The position numbers and the translations under genes are program-made. Positions 1-11,856 of a stretch of DNA of 64,000 nt are shown one piece after another (position 1 is the first letter of the stretch; each line of letters opens with the position of its first letter). This DNA comes from Lama glama (lineage: Eukaryota), in NCBI GenBank assembly GCA_028534125.1, contig CM052816.1, forward strand, positions 35,714,001 through 35,778,000, read 5' to 3'. Under the pieces are notes generated by a model. It saw nothing but the letters and a program-made list of their open reading frames with translations. It did no database searches and was not told where the DNA came from.

Positions 1-149
1 CTCAGCGTTGCCAGGTTGGGAGAAGGGCACAAGGGGAGGCCTGGATCAGAAAAAGGTTTCTCTTCAACTGAACCATCATTTATTCAGCACCTTCAATGCA
101 AAGCACGCTTCTAGGCTCCTTGGAAAAACACACTGATGAAAAACGAGTA

Positions 150-300
150 GGGAGGGTATATAGCTCAGTGGTAGAGCATGTGCTTAGCATGCACGAGGCC
201 TGGGTTCGATCCTCAGCACCTCCATATAAATAAATAAATAAACAAACAAACCCTAATTACCCCGCCAAAAATTTTTTTAATTAAAAAAAATAAAAGAAAA
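150..300 (+). mobile_element. tRNA-derived SINE, camelid vic-1 type
   Basis: GGGAGGGTATATAGCTCAGTGGTAGAGC (A box) ... GGTTCGATCC (B box), then (TAAA)n, CCTAATTACC and A-rich tail; similar copies at about 3400 and 32490. Confidence 0.9.
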
Positions 301-946
301 ATGCATCCATCCTATCATCCTGTGGCTTACAAGCTAGAGATGTTCTGGGTAGAAACACGAATTCATTTGGCTGGTCTTTATGGGAGTTCCCATGAGCAAA
401 GCCCTGCATGGGATACAGGGAAAGAAAGATACAACAGAGGTGGACTCTGCCCTCGGTTCTAACAGGGGTGAGAAGACACATTCACAAGCTGTCATTAAAA
501 ATGTCAAATGTGATGAGTGGCAGATTTTGACATTAACGATTTTATATCATATTTTTTAAGCCAGCATCTCACAGCCATTCTACAGCCCAGTTTCACAGGC
601 CTTTGTGGTAGAATTTTGGTCATGCTTCCCACCTGTTGTTCAAGAGGCCGAAGTTCACTGAAATGCCCTCTCACCCCTTGAGCCTCTCTTTCTATCTGAC
701 CTCATGGGTACCTCTCACAGTAAATGCTCAATAGACCTGTGTGCACTGAACCTCCTCCACTTAATGCACATGTGGTCTCCTGACCTTAATCGTGACCTGA
801 GCTTGCCTAAAATCCACAGTGTAGGAAGGAGACCGTGAACAACGGCCCTCCCTCCACCTCCGAGGACTTGCAGCCCAATACGCAGATTTCAGTTCAAAGT
901 CTCAATGTTCTCTTGAAGAGGCTGCAGACTTACAGAATCCAGATCC

Positions 947-1335
947 TGTTGCCACGAAAGCAGCCTCTGTGCCCCGAAAACAGGTTGAGACTCGGAGGCA
1001 GAGTTTTGGGAGGATAGAAAAGAGCGGCTTTATTGCTTTGCCAGGCAGAGGGGAGTCAGCACAGGCTAGTGCCTTAGTGTGGATCCACCTTGGGGTTGGG
1101 GTCCTGGGGCTTTATCTTAACTTCGATGATCTTCCTGACGTTACAGAGGAACTTCGGAGGCTCTGTCCATTCTTTTGGGATTATCAGCCTGTTGCCTCCT
1201 TCCTGGTTAAAGCTGTTGAGTGTTTGTAGGTTGTTTGGCATAAGGGAGAGAAAGCAAATTGCAAGATTTCTTAGTCAAAAAGAATCAGCAAACAGTTTTA
1301 GCACTGAAGAAATCATTTTGTTTCCTAATCCTTCA
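947..1335 (-). mobile_element. solo ERV1-class LTR, 389 bp
   Basis: TG...CA termini flanked by 4-bp direct repeat ATCC (943-946, 1336-1339); AATAAA on the minus strand at about 1030-1035. Confidence 0.75.
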
Positions 1336-2684
1336 ATCCTTGACTTCACACATGTTTTGTTTCTTTGAAAATATTTACTTTTGAATGGTTAGGGTATTTA
1401 ACACCAACTCCATGCCTAGTATTCTCTGCCAGCCCCTCCCTTCTGTTGTTTTGCCTGACTGGAAACCAACGCACTTGACCTGTCAAGCTCTGAAGGCCAG
1501 CAATCTTGTCTCAACCCATCTTGACACAGGGTCTGAATTTTCAGGGGCAGGTAGACCACTGTGGCTCCAAGTTCGTACCATTCCAACACCATGAAATTTA
1601 GCACCACAATAACCTCTACTCCCAGCTCATCGGAGAAAAAAGTTGAATATCTCAGGCAACTTCCAAAGGGCTTCTGATCCCTTGACCTACACAAATGCAA
1701 TAGTCATTGAGAAAATGCCGGGAGAGGTATCATAAGGGAGCCCTAGGATATTGGAATTTTAATACACTGCGACTGAGGCTTTAAGAAAAAAAAGTCTTGT
1801 GTGACTTAAAAGCACCCGTTCTTTTAATTTTGCATAAAAATAATCTAACATTGAAGTAAAAGAAATAGGAAGTATATCAATTTTTAATAAATACAAGCCA
1901 CAAAATAAATTTAATAAATTATAAATGATAAAATTATTGAAAAATTAAATATTAAACATTCCCACATAAAAATGTAGAACATTTATTAATTAGGGAGCAT
2001 TTTCAGAGTAATACTTGCACTTTAAATTGCTCTGAACTTTTAAACATGCCATGTTGTAGACTTATAGGAAGTGATCTCACAACATTTGCAGGGCTGGTCA
2101 CGTCAAAGGGACACACTTGTCAGTTCCCTGAAGGATGGTCAGTGCGGGGTGAGCACAAGGTGGCTGGGGAGGGGGTAGGAAATGCGGCCGGCGGTGGAAT
2201 TCCTAGGGCTTGAGTTTGTGGAACAAGATAAGAGATTTCTCCTTACCTATTTGGATTTCCAAATACAAGGAAGAGCAGCCATCATTTGGTTGAACATTTC
2301 TGGCAGAAATCTGGAAGAAAAGTCCATGCAGACATCCCTGGTTCTTGTCCAGGACACTTTAAGGAAATTCCTAGCCTAGATGCTTTTATTGGGTCTCAGG
2401 CGGGAAAAGAGACAATGAGAGAGGGCGTCTGGAGAGGGCCAAGGTTCCGGTTTTTTTCCTCCTCAGGTTGTTGCGGTGCTTTGTTTCCTTTTCCCGCCTA
2501 ACTTACACACAGTTATTCTTTGGGTCCTCCCACCAGCTTCCCCCTCCTTCTATGATGGGAAAATGAAGGGCTCACTTTGTAGAACCCACGAGCCGCGAAG
2601 CACATTGTGGAGGAGGTCCCATGCCTGCCTCAGGCCCTGTGCAAGGCCACAGCCCTGTTGCGTGCAGTCTGAGTCATCTGGGGA

Positions 2685-2900
2685 GAGCTGTGTCCCCCAG
2701 ATTCCCTCCAGGGAAGGACTTGCCGCCCAGCGGCAGGGGCTCAGCAGACAGAGCTCCCGCTGCCAGCTGGGTGGCGGCCTCCTCAGCTGCAGAGCCGGCC
2801 TCGCCCCAGGCCGCGCTCTCCCTGGAGCACCTCTCGTCTGTGACTGTGAGGTGGAGCAGGGCACAGGCCTGGCCGTGGCGGCCCTACACGGTGTACTGGG
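2685..2900 (+). mobile_element. ERVL LTR fragment, LTR16-like
   Basis: CCCAGATTCCCTCCAGGGAAGGACTTGC...CAGCTGCAGAGCCGGCCTCGCCCCAGGCC resembles recalled LTR16/LTR33 5' half and the copy at 29331. Confidence 0.55.
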
Positions 2901-3399
2901 TTGCCTGAGATTGGTTAGTCCTGCATCATAGTTTTGCTTCTTCCTCCGCCTAATCCTGCCGTCTCTGCCTTTTGTTCACAGCCACTATTCTCTTAAAAAA
3001 GCCATCTAGTACCCCAAAGTCATCTGAGTGTCTGCTTCTACAGAACTCATTCCAGTTCAAGCTCTGATGGGATCTATGGTCCCAGAGCCAGGCATCGCGG
3101 AACAGAGATGAAGACTGCCTTCCAGTCCTTGTGGTGGATGCTAAGGAAGTCACCTCGCAGGTAAGGGACTGTCCTGAAGCAGCCACTGGTTAGAGGGGGG
3201 AAAAGCAGGGCTGCAATGTGGCAAGTGGAGAATGAAAGAAAAGCCTCACCCACCTCTGGGCATCAGTCTAGACCTCAAAGAGCAAAGTCCTTTCAGGGCC
3301 TGACGGTTTGGAGCACACAGGACAGGCACAGCGTGCTAATATGAGTGACCAGCATTGGACACAGATGTGGTAGGCAGACTGGTCCAGAAGAAACATGGC

Positions 3400-3530
3400 G
3401 GTGGGGAGGGCATAGCTCAAGTGGTAGAGTGCATGGTCAGCATACACAAGGTCCTGGGTTCAATCCCCAGTACCGCTATTAAAAAATAATTAAATAAATA
3501 GACCTAATTATCCCCCCAAAAAGCGAGAGA
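3400..3530 (+). mobile_element. tRNA-derived SINE, vic-1 type
   Basis: A box TAGCTCAAGTGGTAGAG, B box GGTTCAATCC, A-rich tail with CCTAATTA; AACATGG on both flanks as partial TSD. Confidence 0.9.
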
Positions 3531-4077
3531 GAGAACATGGGGAGAAGCTGCAGGGGACCTGCAGATCCCAGGCCTGTATTTAGCTGGCCCGTCGATTTGT
3601 CTGTCTCCCCTCCCTGCCCACTCAGCCTGTCTCTTTTCCATGGCAGTCACTATGTTTTGTTTCGTGAAGTCACAGTAGTGCCCAGCATAGCACTTATATA
3701 CAGGAAACATGTTTGTACAAGGACAAAATGTAAAGATGGAAAGTAGTCAAGAAAGAGGCCCTGTAGCCCAGACAACCCTCAGCTTTCCAGCAATACCTTA
3801 AGAGTCAGTGTGGACTCCTGGAGGTGGTCAGTAATAAGACCAGCACAGTGATCACTGGGGTGATTTGGTGGAGCCAGAGTTCCAGGGAATCTGTGTATGG
3901 TTTTAGTTAAAACCATGAGGGCCTTTTGCTATGTTTCAGTTCCCATGGTTGTCATGGCCTGAAAAATAAGTGTTATATCTGATGGTTACAGGAAAGAATG
4001 GATGGATATATGGATGGCTGGACAGATGGAGACCAAAAAAGATACAGAAAGGAGAGAGGCAGATAAGCTCTTCTGTA

Positions 4078-4920
4078 GTGTATCAGTTAGGATGCTTTTG
4101 GCTGCAAATAAGAGAATATCTGACTGAAAGTGGCATAAGAACAAGAGGTTTCTTGTCTCACATTGGAAGTCTGGTGACAGACTCTTCCAGGTTCATTCTG
4201 TGGTTCAATGATGTTGTCAAGGGGTCAGTTTCTTTTTGTCTTAATGTGCTGGCATTTTCCTCCGAAATGAATGGATCCACCACCAGCACCTCATGGTTGC
4301 AAGATGGCAGCAGCAGCCCCAAGTGTCATATTCTTACAAAGTGGTCTCCAGGGTGGGAAAAGAAGCTCTTCCTTCTTGCATCTTATGTCTGTTTCACAAG
4401 AGCGAGAAGACCTGTATCAGTCATGATGAAATAGATTGCATTGCAGTAACAAATCACCTCCAAATCTTAGCGGCTTAAAAATGATAAAAGTGCATTGCTT
4501 GTTCATGCTCCAAGTCTTGCACAGATTTGCTGGTCCATTCACCATAATGGACCCAGACTGACTGAGGTTCTCATCTTAAAGAGAACTTCAGATTTTGTGA
4601 TGGCAAGGGACGTGAAGGCTGCTGTTAAATCTTTTGGCCTGAAGTGACTTGCTCTTAGATTTCATTGGCCGGAACTCTACCATGGCCCTGTGTCACTTGT
4701 AGAGGGTAGGGAGGGACAATTTTCCATGTACCCAGAAGTAAAGGAGAACCAGATATTAGTGAACATTACCTGCCTTCCAGAACAGCTTTTTCCAGAAGTT
4801 CTGAGTCTCTTATATCTACTTGTACAGAATTGGGTCACATGATCACAACTAAATAAAAACCCTATCCAGAGGAAATGGAACAGTGTCAACCCTCTGGGGC
4901 AAAGAAACGTTTGTGCCACT
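4078..4920 (-). mobile_element. nested old MaLR LTRs (MLT1-family; second copy at about 4413-4770)
   Basis: Two MLT1-type ends: TGTATCAGTTAGGATGCTTTTGGCTGCAAATAAG and TGTATCAGTCA...GCAGTAACAAATCACCTCCAAATCTTAGCGGCTTAAAA. Confidence 0.7.
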
Positions 4921-6469
4921 AAGTCAGGAAGGGGGTTGATACAGGTAGGCAAACCTCAGGACCCACTGCTTACTATCAAAGGATGTATTTGGCAATACCT
5001 GTGAGTCAATTTAAAAGGTGCTTCATGAGAAGGTTTCTGTTTAGATTTAGAGAATCGTGGCTTCCATGGGTCACCACCGTGCTCACTGACCACCTTTAAT
5101 CATCATGGTGGGATCAGACCAAAACAGAACCTGCAAAGGGCACTGTTAAGGATTTTGCCATTATCCCTTAACAGTTTTGAGGGATGAATGATGAACTTAA
5201 GACAATAAGAAAAGCTCTGGTTTATTTTTTTTCCCAGAAAACTTAATTCAAGCAAACAAGCAAACAATCTTTGAAAGACGCTTATTAGTCCTCTTGTTCA
5301 CTTAACGAGGGACAGTAGAATTCAGAAGGTCCTCTAGTATCTTCCTTGTCCCTTTCTCTCTACCCACCCATCCCCCTTACAAAATAAAGCAACGAAAAGT
5401 GCCTTACCCTATTCTGCCATGGTTTTAGTCCTCAGATGTTTATGATTCTGGGGCAGCATGGGGGCAGTTTAAGTGAATGGTTGAAAGGGGAGGGGGAGAA
5501 TTGCAGCAGATGGTTGAAATTCCAGAAAAGCCAGCCACAGCACCCCCACTAAGATTTAAATTGTGCTATTTCTGGGTGGGTACAAACCGGGAAGCTTTTT
5601 ACCAGAGCCTCCTTGAAAGAAAAAGCAGAGGCTCGGAAGAGGGGCCCCAAGTCTCTAGCACCAGCTCGATCCCAGCCCCCGAACAGGCATGCGTGGTGCG
5701 TGGTGCGTGTGTGCACGCGTTGTGTGACATATGGCAATTTGAAACAGTTAAACATATGAAGAATGTTTTTCATTCACAGATGGTTAAAAAAAAAAAGGCA
5801 TTTATTTTTTCATATAACACATTCCCGAGGTTTGGAGCCAACCGCCTCCAGGGAGGGTCACAAATCCCCCCGGTGCCCCGGAAGACTCAGGTTTATGTTT
5901 GAAGGTCTGCCTCAGCTGAAAGATGAGTAAAACTGTGGTTAAGTCAGACGTTCCCTGGTGGCTCTGGGGGCCTAGGGGCACTGGTTATTTCAACAAGGCT
6001 ATATGAAAAAGTCCAATTCCTAACATTTGCTTCAGACAGATCCACCTGCTCAAGGCAGCTGAGGAACAAAATTTATCCATTGGGCTAAATCCTTCTCATG
6101 GCACCTAGCCGGCTGCTGGTACCACAGGTTTTCTGGGGCTGCGGAGAGGAGGGTGGAGGTGGCTTTCCTGTGGCAACTACACTGTCCTTTTCTCCAGGGC
6201 ATAAAGCATTGCTGCTTCCCAAGGTTTTTCCTGCTGCTCTGAGAGCAAATTGGGTATCTGGAGTGTCCAATCAGGGCACCAAAGCTCTGCACGATTTGCA
6301 AAGACAATTATTCTGCTGAGGCTTTTGACGGCAGGAAAGGAGAGTTAATTAAATCTCATTGTAAAATTAAATAGCATTTCTATATATTTTAGAACTAGTG
6401 CAATTATTCCCTATCTTGGAGCATTGTAAATTCTTTGTGACTGTGATGTATTATCAGAAATTTTCATAG

Positions 6470-6610
6470 AATTCTAGAACTCGAGGGGCTTTAGAGATCA
6501 CAAAGTGGAGCGACTTCCTTTTATAAAGATGAGAGAAAACCCAGAGAGGTCATATGACAGACTAAAAGCCTGCAACAAGCCTCCAGACGCAAACCCCAGC
6601 ACTCTTGCCA
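6470..6610 (-). mobile_element. MIR SINE fragment
   Basis: TTTTATAAAGATGAGAGAAAACCCAGAGAGG core-like segment. Confidence 0.5.
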
Positions 6611-6949
6611 TTTCATTTGATTTGCATTTTGCACAGAGATGAAGTCTACATCAGGTGAAAATAGCAGATGGTTAAAATAGCCTCTGAACGGCTCTTAGAG
6701 AGGCACCATGCTGGAAACAAACACGTATCTTCCACTGAGTCCAATGCAGCCAAGTTTTCCTTCAGAGTAGGTCGTTCTTAAGTTATGCACCAAATGAAGC
6801 AGTGAGCTGGGGCTTCGAGGTCCTGCTGTGTAGAAGATAGGTCTTTTGAGGTCAAAGATCATAATCTGTAAAGATGCTCCCACCATTAGCGAACTGGGAC
6901 CAATTCATGGATCAAAAGAGTCCTTACCTAAGCAAAGCCCCAAGGGGAA

Positions 6950-8680
6950 CACTGCTGGCTCTGAACTCCCTGTGAGCTCTCACCTCTAGGGTACTGTGCC
7001 CTGTGAATTCTAGCCTCCCTGTCCTCTGAGAATTCTGAACTCTGTCTCCTCAACTTGGCAACGTTGTGGGCTCTTGGGGATCCCCGTCACTGGGGGGAAC
7101 CTAAGGACTCTCTCCAGGCACTAGGCTGTGGCAACCTTAACAACCACCTGGCTTATTTTTCTTCTTTCAGGGTTCACTGTTGTATTAGTCAGGGTTCTCC
7201 AGAAAAAAACAGAACCAACAGAATATGTATAAGAGATTTATTATAAGGAATTGACTCATGCAGTTATGGAGACTGACAGGTCCCAAGATCTGTAGTCAGC
7301 AAACTAGAGCCCCAGCAGAGCTGAATATGTAGTTTTGGTCTAAGACAAAGTGCCTGAGAACCAGGACGGTATAATTCTAGTCTACAGACTCGAGATCCAG
7401 GAAGAGCCAAAATTTCAGTTTGTGTCTGAAAACAGGAAAAAAAAAACCAAAAAAAAAAAACCTAACATTGCATCTTGAAGGCAGCCAATAAAGAGAAATT
7501 CCCTCTCCCCTACAGGAGGGTCAGCATTTTGATTCTTCTTGGGCTTTTCAATACTGATTGAATGAGGCCCACCCCACTAGGGAGGGCAAGCTGCCTGACT
7601 GAGTCTGTCAGTTCAGATGCTAATCCCATCCAGAAACTGACACACCCAGAATAATGTTTGACCACGTATCTGGGCACCTATGGCCCAGTCTGGTTGACAC
7701 ATAAAACTAACCATCAGAATTGTCCTGAGCTGCATGTTGTCTTATGTCTGAAAACTTTTGCTTCAAATATTTCTTCCTTTTTGTTGCTGTTGTTGTTTAA
7801 GATGTGAAAGTAAACATGATTTTTCTTATTCTATCATGGCTGAAAACAGAGGTCTGTCAGACACATTGTTATTTTGAAGATTATTGCCAAATTATCTACC
7901 TCTGGAATTGACCATTTTGCACACTGACCAGCAGCGAACTAGAGCTTCTCTCTTCCTGCCTCACCAACAGCACGTGTTGTCCTATTTTGCGATTTTTGTC
8001 AGTCTTGTAGGGAAAATAGCATCTCTGTATAGTTTTAATTTGCTTTTCTCTTGTAATGAGTAACACTGATAATCTTGATGTAAGTCTTACATTCGCGTTT
8101 CTTTTTCTACAAACTGTCAGCTCATGTCATTTGTTCATTTTTCTATTTTGGGTTGTTAGCCTGTTTTTCTTTTCTAGGAGCTCTTTATATAGAGAATTTA
8201 GCACGTTGTCTGCATAGGAGTTGCAATTATTTTTTCTCTTTGACTTGATGTTACTTTGCATGGAAAAGGCTTTTTTTTTAAATGTGGCTGAATTTATCAA
8301 TCTCTTTTTTTAATGGAATCTAAATTTTTAGTCATAGTTAAAAAGGTCTGTTCTATACCAAGATTATAAAAGAATTCTCCCATGTTTCCTGCTAGTACTT
8401 TTATGGTTTCACTTTGTACATTTAAATCATTAGTTTTGCTGTATGTATAGTGTGAAGTATGGATCCAATTTTATCCTTTTACACATGATACTTGGTTGTC
8501 CCAACATCCTGTATAAAAAGTCTCTATCACGTACTATATTCTATACAGATTTCATTCTTCTATACTTTCTTTCCTGTTCCAAAGGTCTGTCTTTTTACAT
8601 GGCATTGCCACACATTTTCAATACTGAGGCTTAATTTATTATGTTCTAATACCTACTAGGGCTGGTCTCTAATGCCCCTT
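6950..8680 (-). mobile_element. old L1 (L1M/L1ME-type) fragments, interrupted by MLT2
   Basis: T-rich antisense L1 motifs, e.g. GTTTTAATTTGCTTTTCTC and TTTGTTCATTTTTCTATT; strand assignment is for the 7860-8680 part. Confidence 0.6.
7181..7718 (-). mobile_element. MLT2 (ERVL) LTR
   Basis: TGTATTAGTCAGGGTTCTCCAGA...TTGACACATAAAACTAACCATCA termini; near-TSD ACTGT/ATTGT. Confidence 0.9.
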
Positions 8681-11199
8681 GCCCTCTAAAAACAGATAAT
8701 TTAGGTCCAGAAAAGAAGTCTTAGTACTTCTAGTGAGGTTATGTCAGATTCATAACTTAGCTTAGGAAGCACTGAGGTATTTGTAATGAAAAGACTTCTT
8801 GATCAAGGACACCCTGGGACCACTGCCCTCTGGGTGCTGCAGTGCGCTCCGCTGGACAGATAGCAGGACTCTGTTTCACTCAAAGGCTGCATGACCCAGA
8901 AAACCAGAGCTGGAGAAGGCCAAGTGTGTGTAGGGTGTTCTAGTGGGAGTTCTACCTACCTCAATGTTAATAATGTGGAACATATAAGATCTCTCAACTG
9001 GTAGATTATTCTAAATGACACCTCCACCTAGCTCAGCTAAGCCATTTCATTACTTTTGGCTAAGACTTGCCCTCTGGAAAACTGTGAAGTGATCAACTTT
9101 TGGCATCCTCGCCTTTCCCATTTTTCATCACTGCTGCCAACACAGTATTTCTTCCTTTCCTCAAGGCACTGTTCCTGCGACCCATAATAACTCCATGTTC
9201 CCTCTTATTTTCCTTTTCTCAAAACCCATCCTTGGGAAAGAATCTTATATCAGTCATTTGCACCTTACTATGCAATTCTTTCTATCTAACAGTGGGAAGA
9301 AAGTTTGTATTTATTTAGAAGAGTTCTGAGCATCTGGGAGCAATTGCAGGAGGCAGGCCAATAGCCTTCCTGGTGTCACTGAAATATTACCAGGTAGATC
9401 TGCACCTTCTGAGGCCCCTCTTTCAGGCTTAAGAGGACTCTGCAGCCCCAGGAAATGCTCTTATCATCTTCCTGCCCACACCCTGAGAGGAATCCTGAGA
9501 CCGTACAAGTGATTTCATTGTGACCACAAATTACAGGGAGGTACCCAGAGAGAATAAATTCCCCTTATCTGGCAGGCCTGGCAGAGTGCCCCCCGGGACC
9601 TGAGCACTCCACTGTGAGCCCGAAATGGTGTGATTAGAAGGCAAAATATGAAGTGCATTACATGCAACTTCTCCTATAACACATGCAAAGTAATCAATCT
9701 CAACCTCTGGCAGCCACACCAGGGAGCCTGTCTTTCCCTTTTTTATTTATTGACTTGCCCTTGGCCAGCCCTTAACGTATTTGTTTTTGTCGGCCCAAGG
9801 TTTTTGCTTAAAATTCAGCCAGTGCTGTTTCCTTCCTGGGATATAGATGGCTCATCCGTCAGCTTCCTTCAGCATGAGTGACCGACACCCACGCCGGATT
9901 GTAAAATAAAGCCCGCTTTATTGTGATGAGGTGACCCGAAGTCTTCTCGGCTTAGCTGTTCAATGTTTTAATGCACACAGTCTCCTCTGTGGACTCAGGC
10001 TCTTTCTGGCCCAGGGTGGAGGGTCTGAGTCCGCAGCTCCTCGGAGGCTGCCTTGCGGAGGCGCCGGCACCACCCAGGACCTGGCCAGGAAGCCTTGATG
10101 TGCCTCGGGCTCCATTTTTCCAGCGCTACTGATCTGGAATGGAAACTCCGTGCCTGTCTCCAAACTCAGCATCTGAACAGTTGAAAAACCCAGAGCTTCA
10201 CCCTCAGGTGTAAGGGGAGCCTTTGGAACAAATGTGAAAGGGCTGTGTGCTGACTGAAGTTCCTGAATGCGAGGCGCTGGGAGGTGGGAGCTGCGCTTCA
10301 TCTGTAAGCACCTCTGCAGAGATGCTCGCTTCAAGAACTAACTGCAGTGCGCAGTATTAAAGCCCCAATTCCCTCTGACATGCCTTCTCTTCTCTCAGCT
10401 GCAAAACTTAAACAGAGCTGTAAGTCAGAGTCGTGAAGGGAGTGGAAGGGATGCTCTTCTGCCCCTCGGAGACGTTCTCGCCCCAACCATGTTCCGGCTA
10501 CCCGTTCCCCACCTGCTTTCTCTCGCCGGCAGTCTATCTATCCAGTTTCATCTCTTGACTTTTTTTTTATTAGGTTTTGATAAGACTGCACATCACAAGT
10601 CAGGTATGCAGGAGTCATCGTAGTTTACTTTTCTTTACCTCTGGTTAATTTTATATTAAGCCCTGGCTCTGCTGAGGTGGAGGAAAGTTACCCTCTGTCT
10701 CTAAATTTCCACCCTGCCTTTCTCTCTAGGGCGGCATCTGAAGGCACAGAGGGGCCGTGCAGAAAGAGGGTGAGAAGGGACACTTTTGGTACTTGGCGTA
10801 CCTGCCACTCAGGTTTCTGTTTGGTAGTCTATCACCCTTCTGCTCCTGTTCACCTGAGGTCAATCTCTCTCTCTGCTTCTCGGGGCAGGCTTGTGGTCAG
10901 AGTCATCATTTTGCTCTTTTCATGCCAAGTGTCAGGACATGAAAATCTCTGCAAGACCCTTGTAGGTCCTGCCCTGTCTACGGAGATTCACTGCACAGCC
11001 ATTTCACCCCTTGGATAAAGGCACAGCTGCCCTCCGGTCTTCGATTTTGGAAAGTGCCTCGGGTTTTCCTGCTTGCACAGGGCTCAGCCCAGGAGGCAGG
11101 GACCAAAGACCCTTCTACCTAGGAGCCACCACCATCTCTATTCTTATGATTCCTTCCTGTCTCTCTTTTTAAATTAATTAATTTATTTTTATTTTAAAA

Positions 11200-11375
11200 T
11201 TTTTCTTTCTTTTTTTTCTTTCCTTCTTTCTTTCCTTCTTTCTTTCCCTCTTTCCTTCTTTCTTTCTTTCTTTCTTTTTTTCTTTCTTTCTGTCTTTCTG
11301 TCTTTCTGTCTTTCAGTCTTTCTTCCTGTCTTTCTTCCTGTCTTTCTTTCTTCCTGTCTTTCTTCCATCTTTTCC
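11200..11375. repeat. degenerate (TTTC)n/(TTCC)n/(TGTC)n polypyrimidine microsatellite
   Basis: Directly visible. Confidence 0.95.
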
Positions 11376-11856
11376 AGCCCAGGGAAATTTTTCTAGTCTG
11401 AGGAGTTAAAGGTGGGGATGGACACATTTCTACATTTTACCACTCAAATCCTCAGCTCTCAAACTTTCTGTCACTTCATCTCCTCAGGACACTGGGGCTC
11501 CGGCTTACAGACAACAAAATCTGAAAACACGATTTTGGTTTTCACCCTCTCATAGCATCCTTCCCTTGAAGCAATGACCCTGGGGTGGCCCAGCTGCTTG
11601 AAAGGGTTGATTAAGATTGATTGATTAAAACTTCAAAAATATTATTCTGCCTCAAGGATAAATAGCTTAAGAAGCAAAAATCTCTCCTGAGAGGGTCCCT
11701 TGGATGCAGCTCCTAAGGTCCACTTGCTAAAGGATGAAGCGTAAAGTACCGGGATGAAGGCCCCGGGCAAATACTCTGAATTTTGGTGCTAGGTGTTCAA
11801 ACGTGGCTGCTTTCCACATGCTAATGTTTGTCCCTACTTTCTGAAATAGTTGTGTT

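Noticed and set aside
150..225. tRNA gene (also at about 3405 and 32495)
   Set aside because: Followed by SINE-type A-rich tails, multi-copy and diverged with imperfect stems; these are SINEs
2476..2931. Overlapping 95-151 aa ORFs
   Set aside because: Arise from GC-rich LTR-like sequence with few stops; no protein family resemblance
3970..4434. 154-aa ORF, the longest in the track
   Set aside because: Mostly inside an MLT1 LTR; non-ATG start
6695..6886. Minus-strand open frame after a TTTACAG acceptor as a further exon of the candidate gene
   Set aside because: No convincing donor and no link to the reconstructed protein
11194..11427. Lys/Glu/Arg-rich ORF
   Set aside because: Translation of the microsatellite
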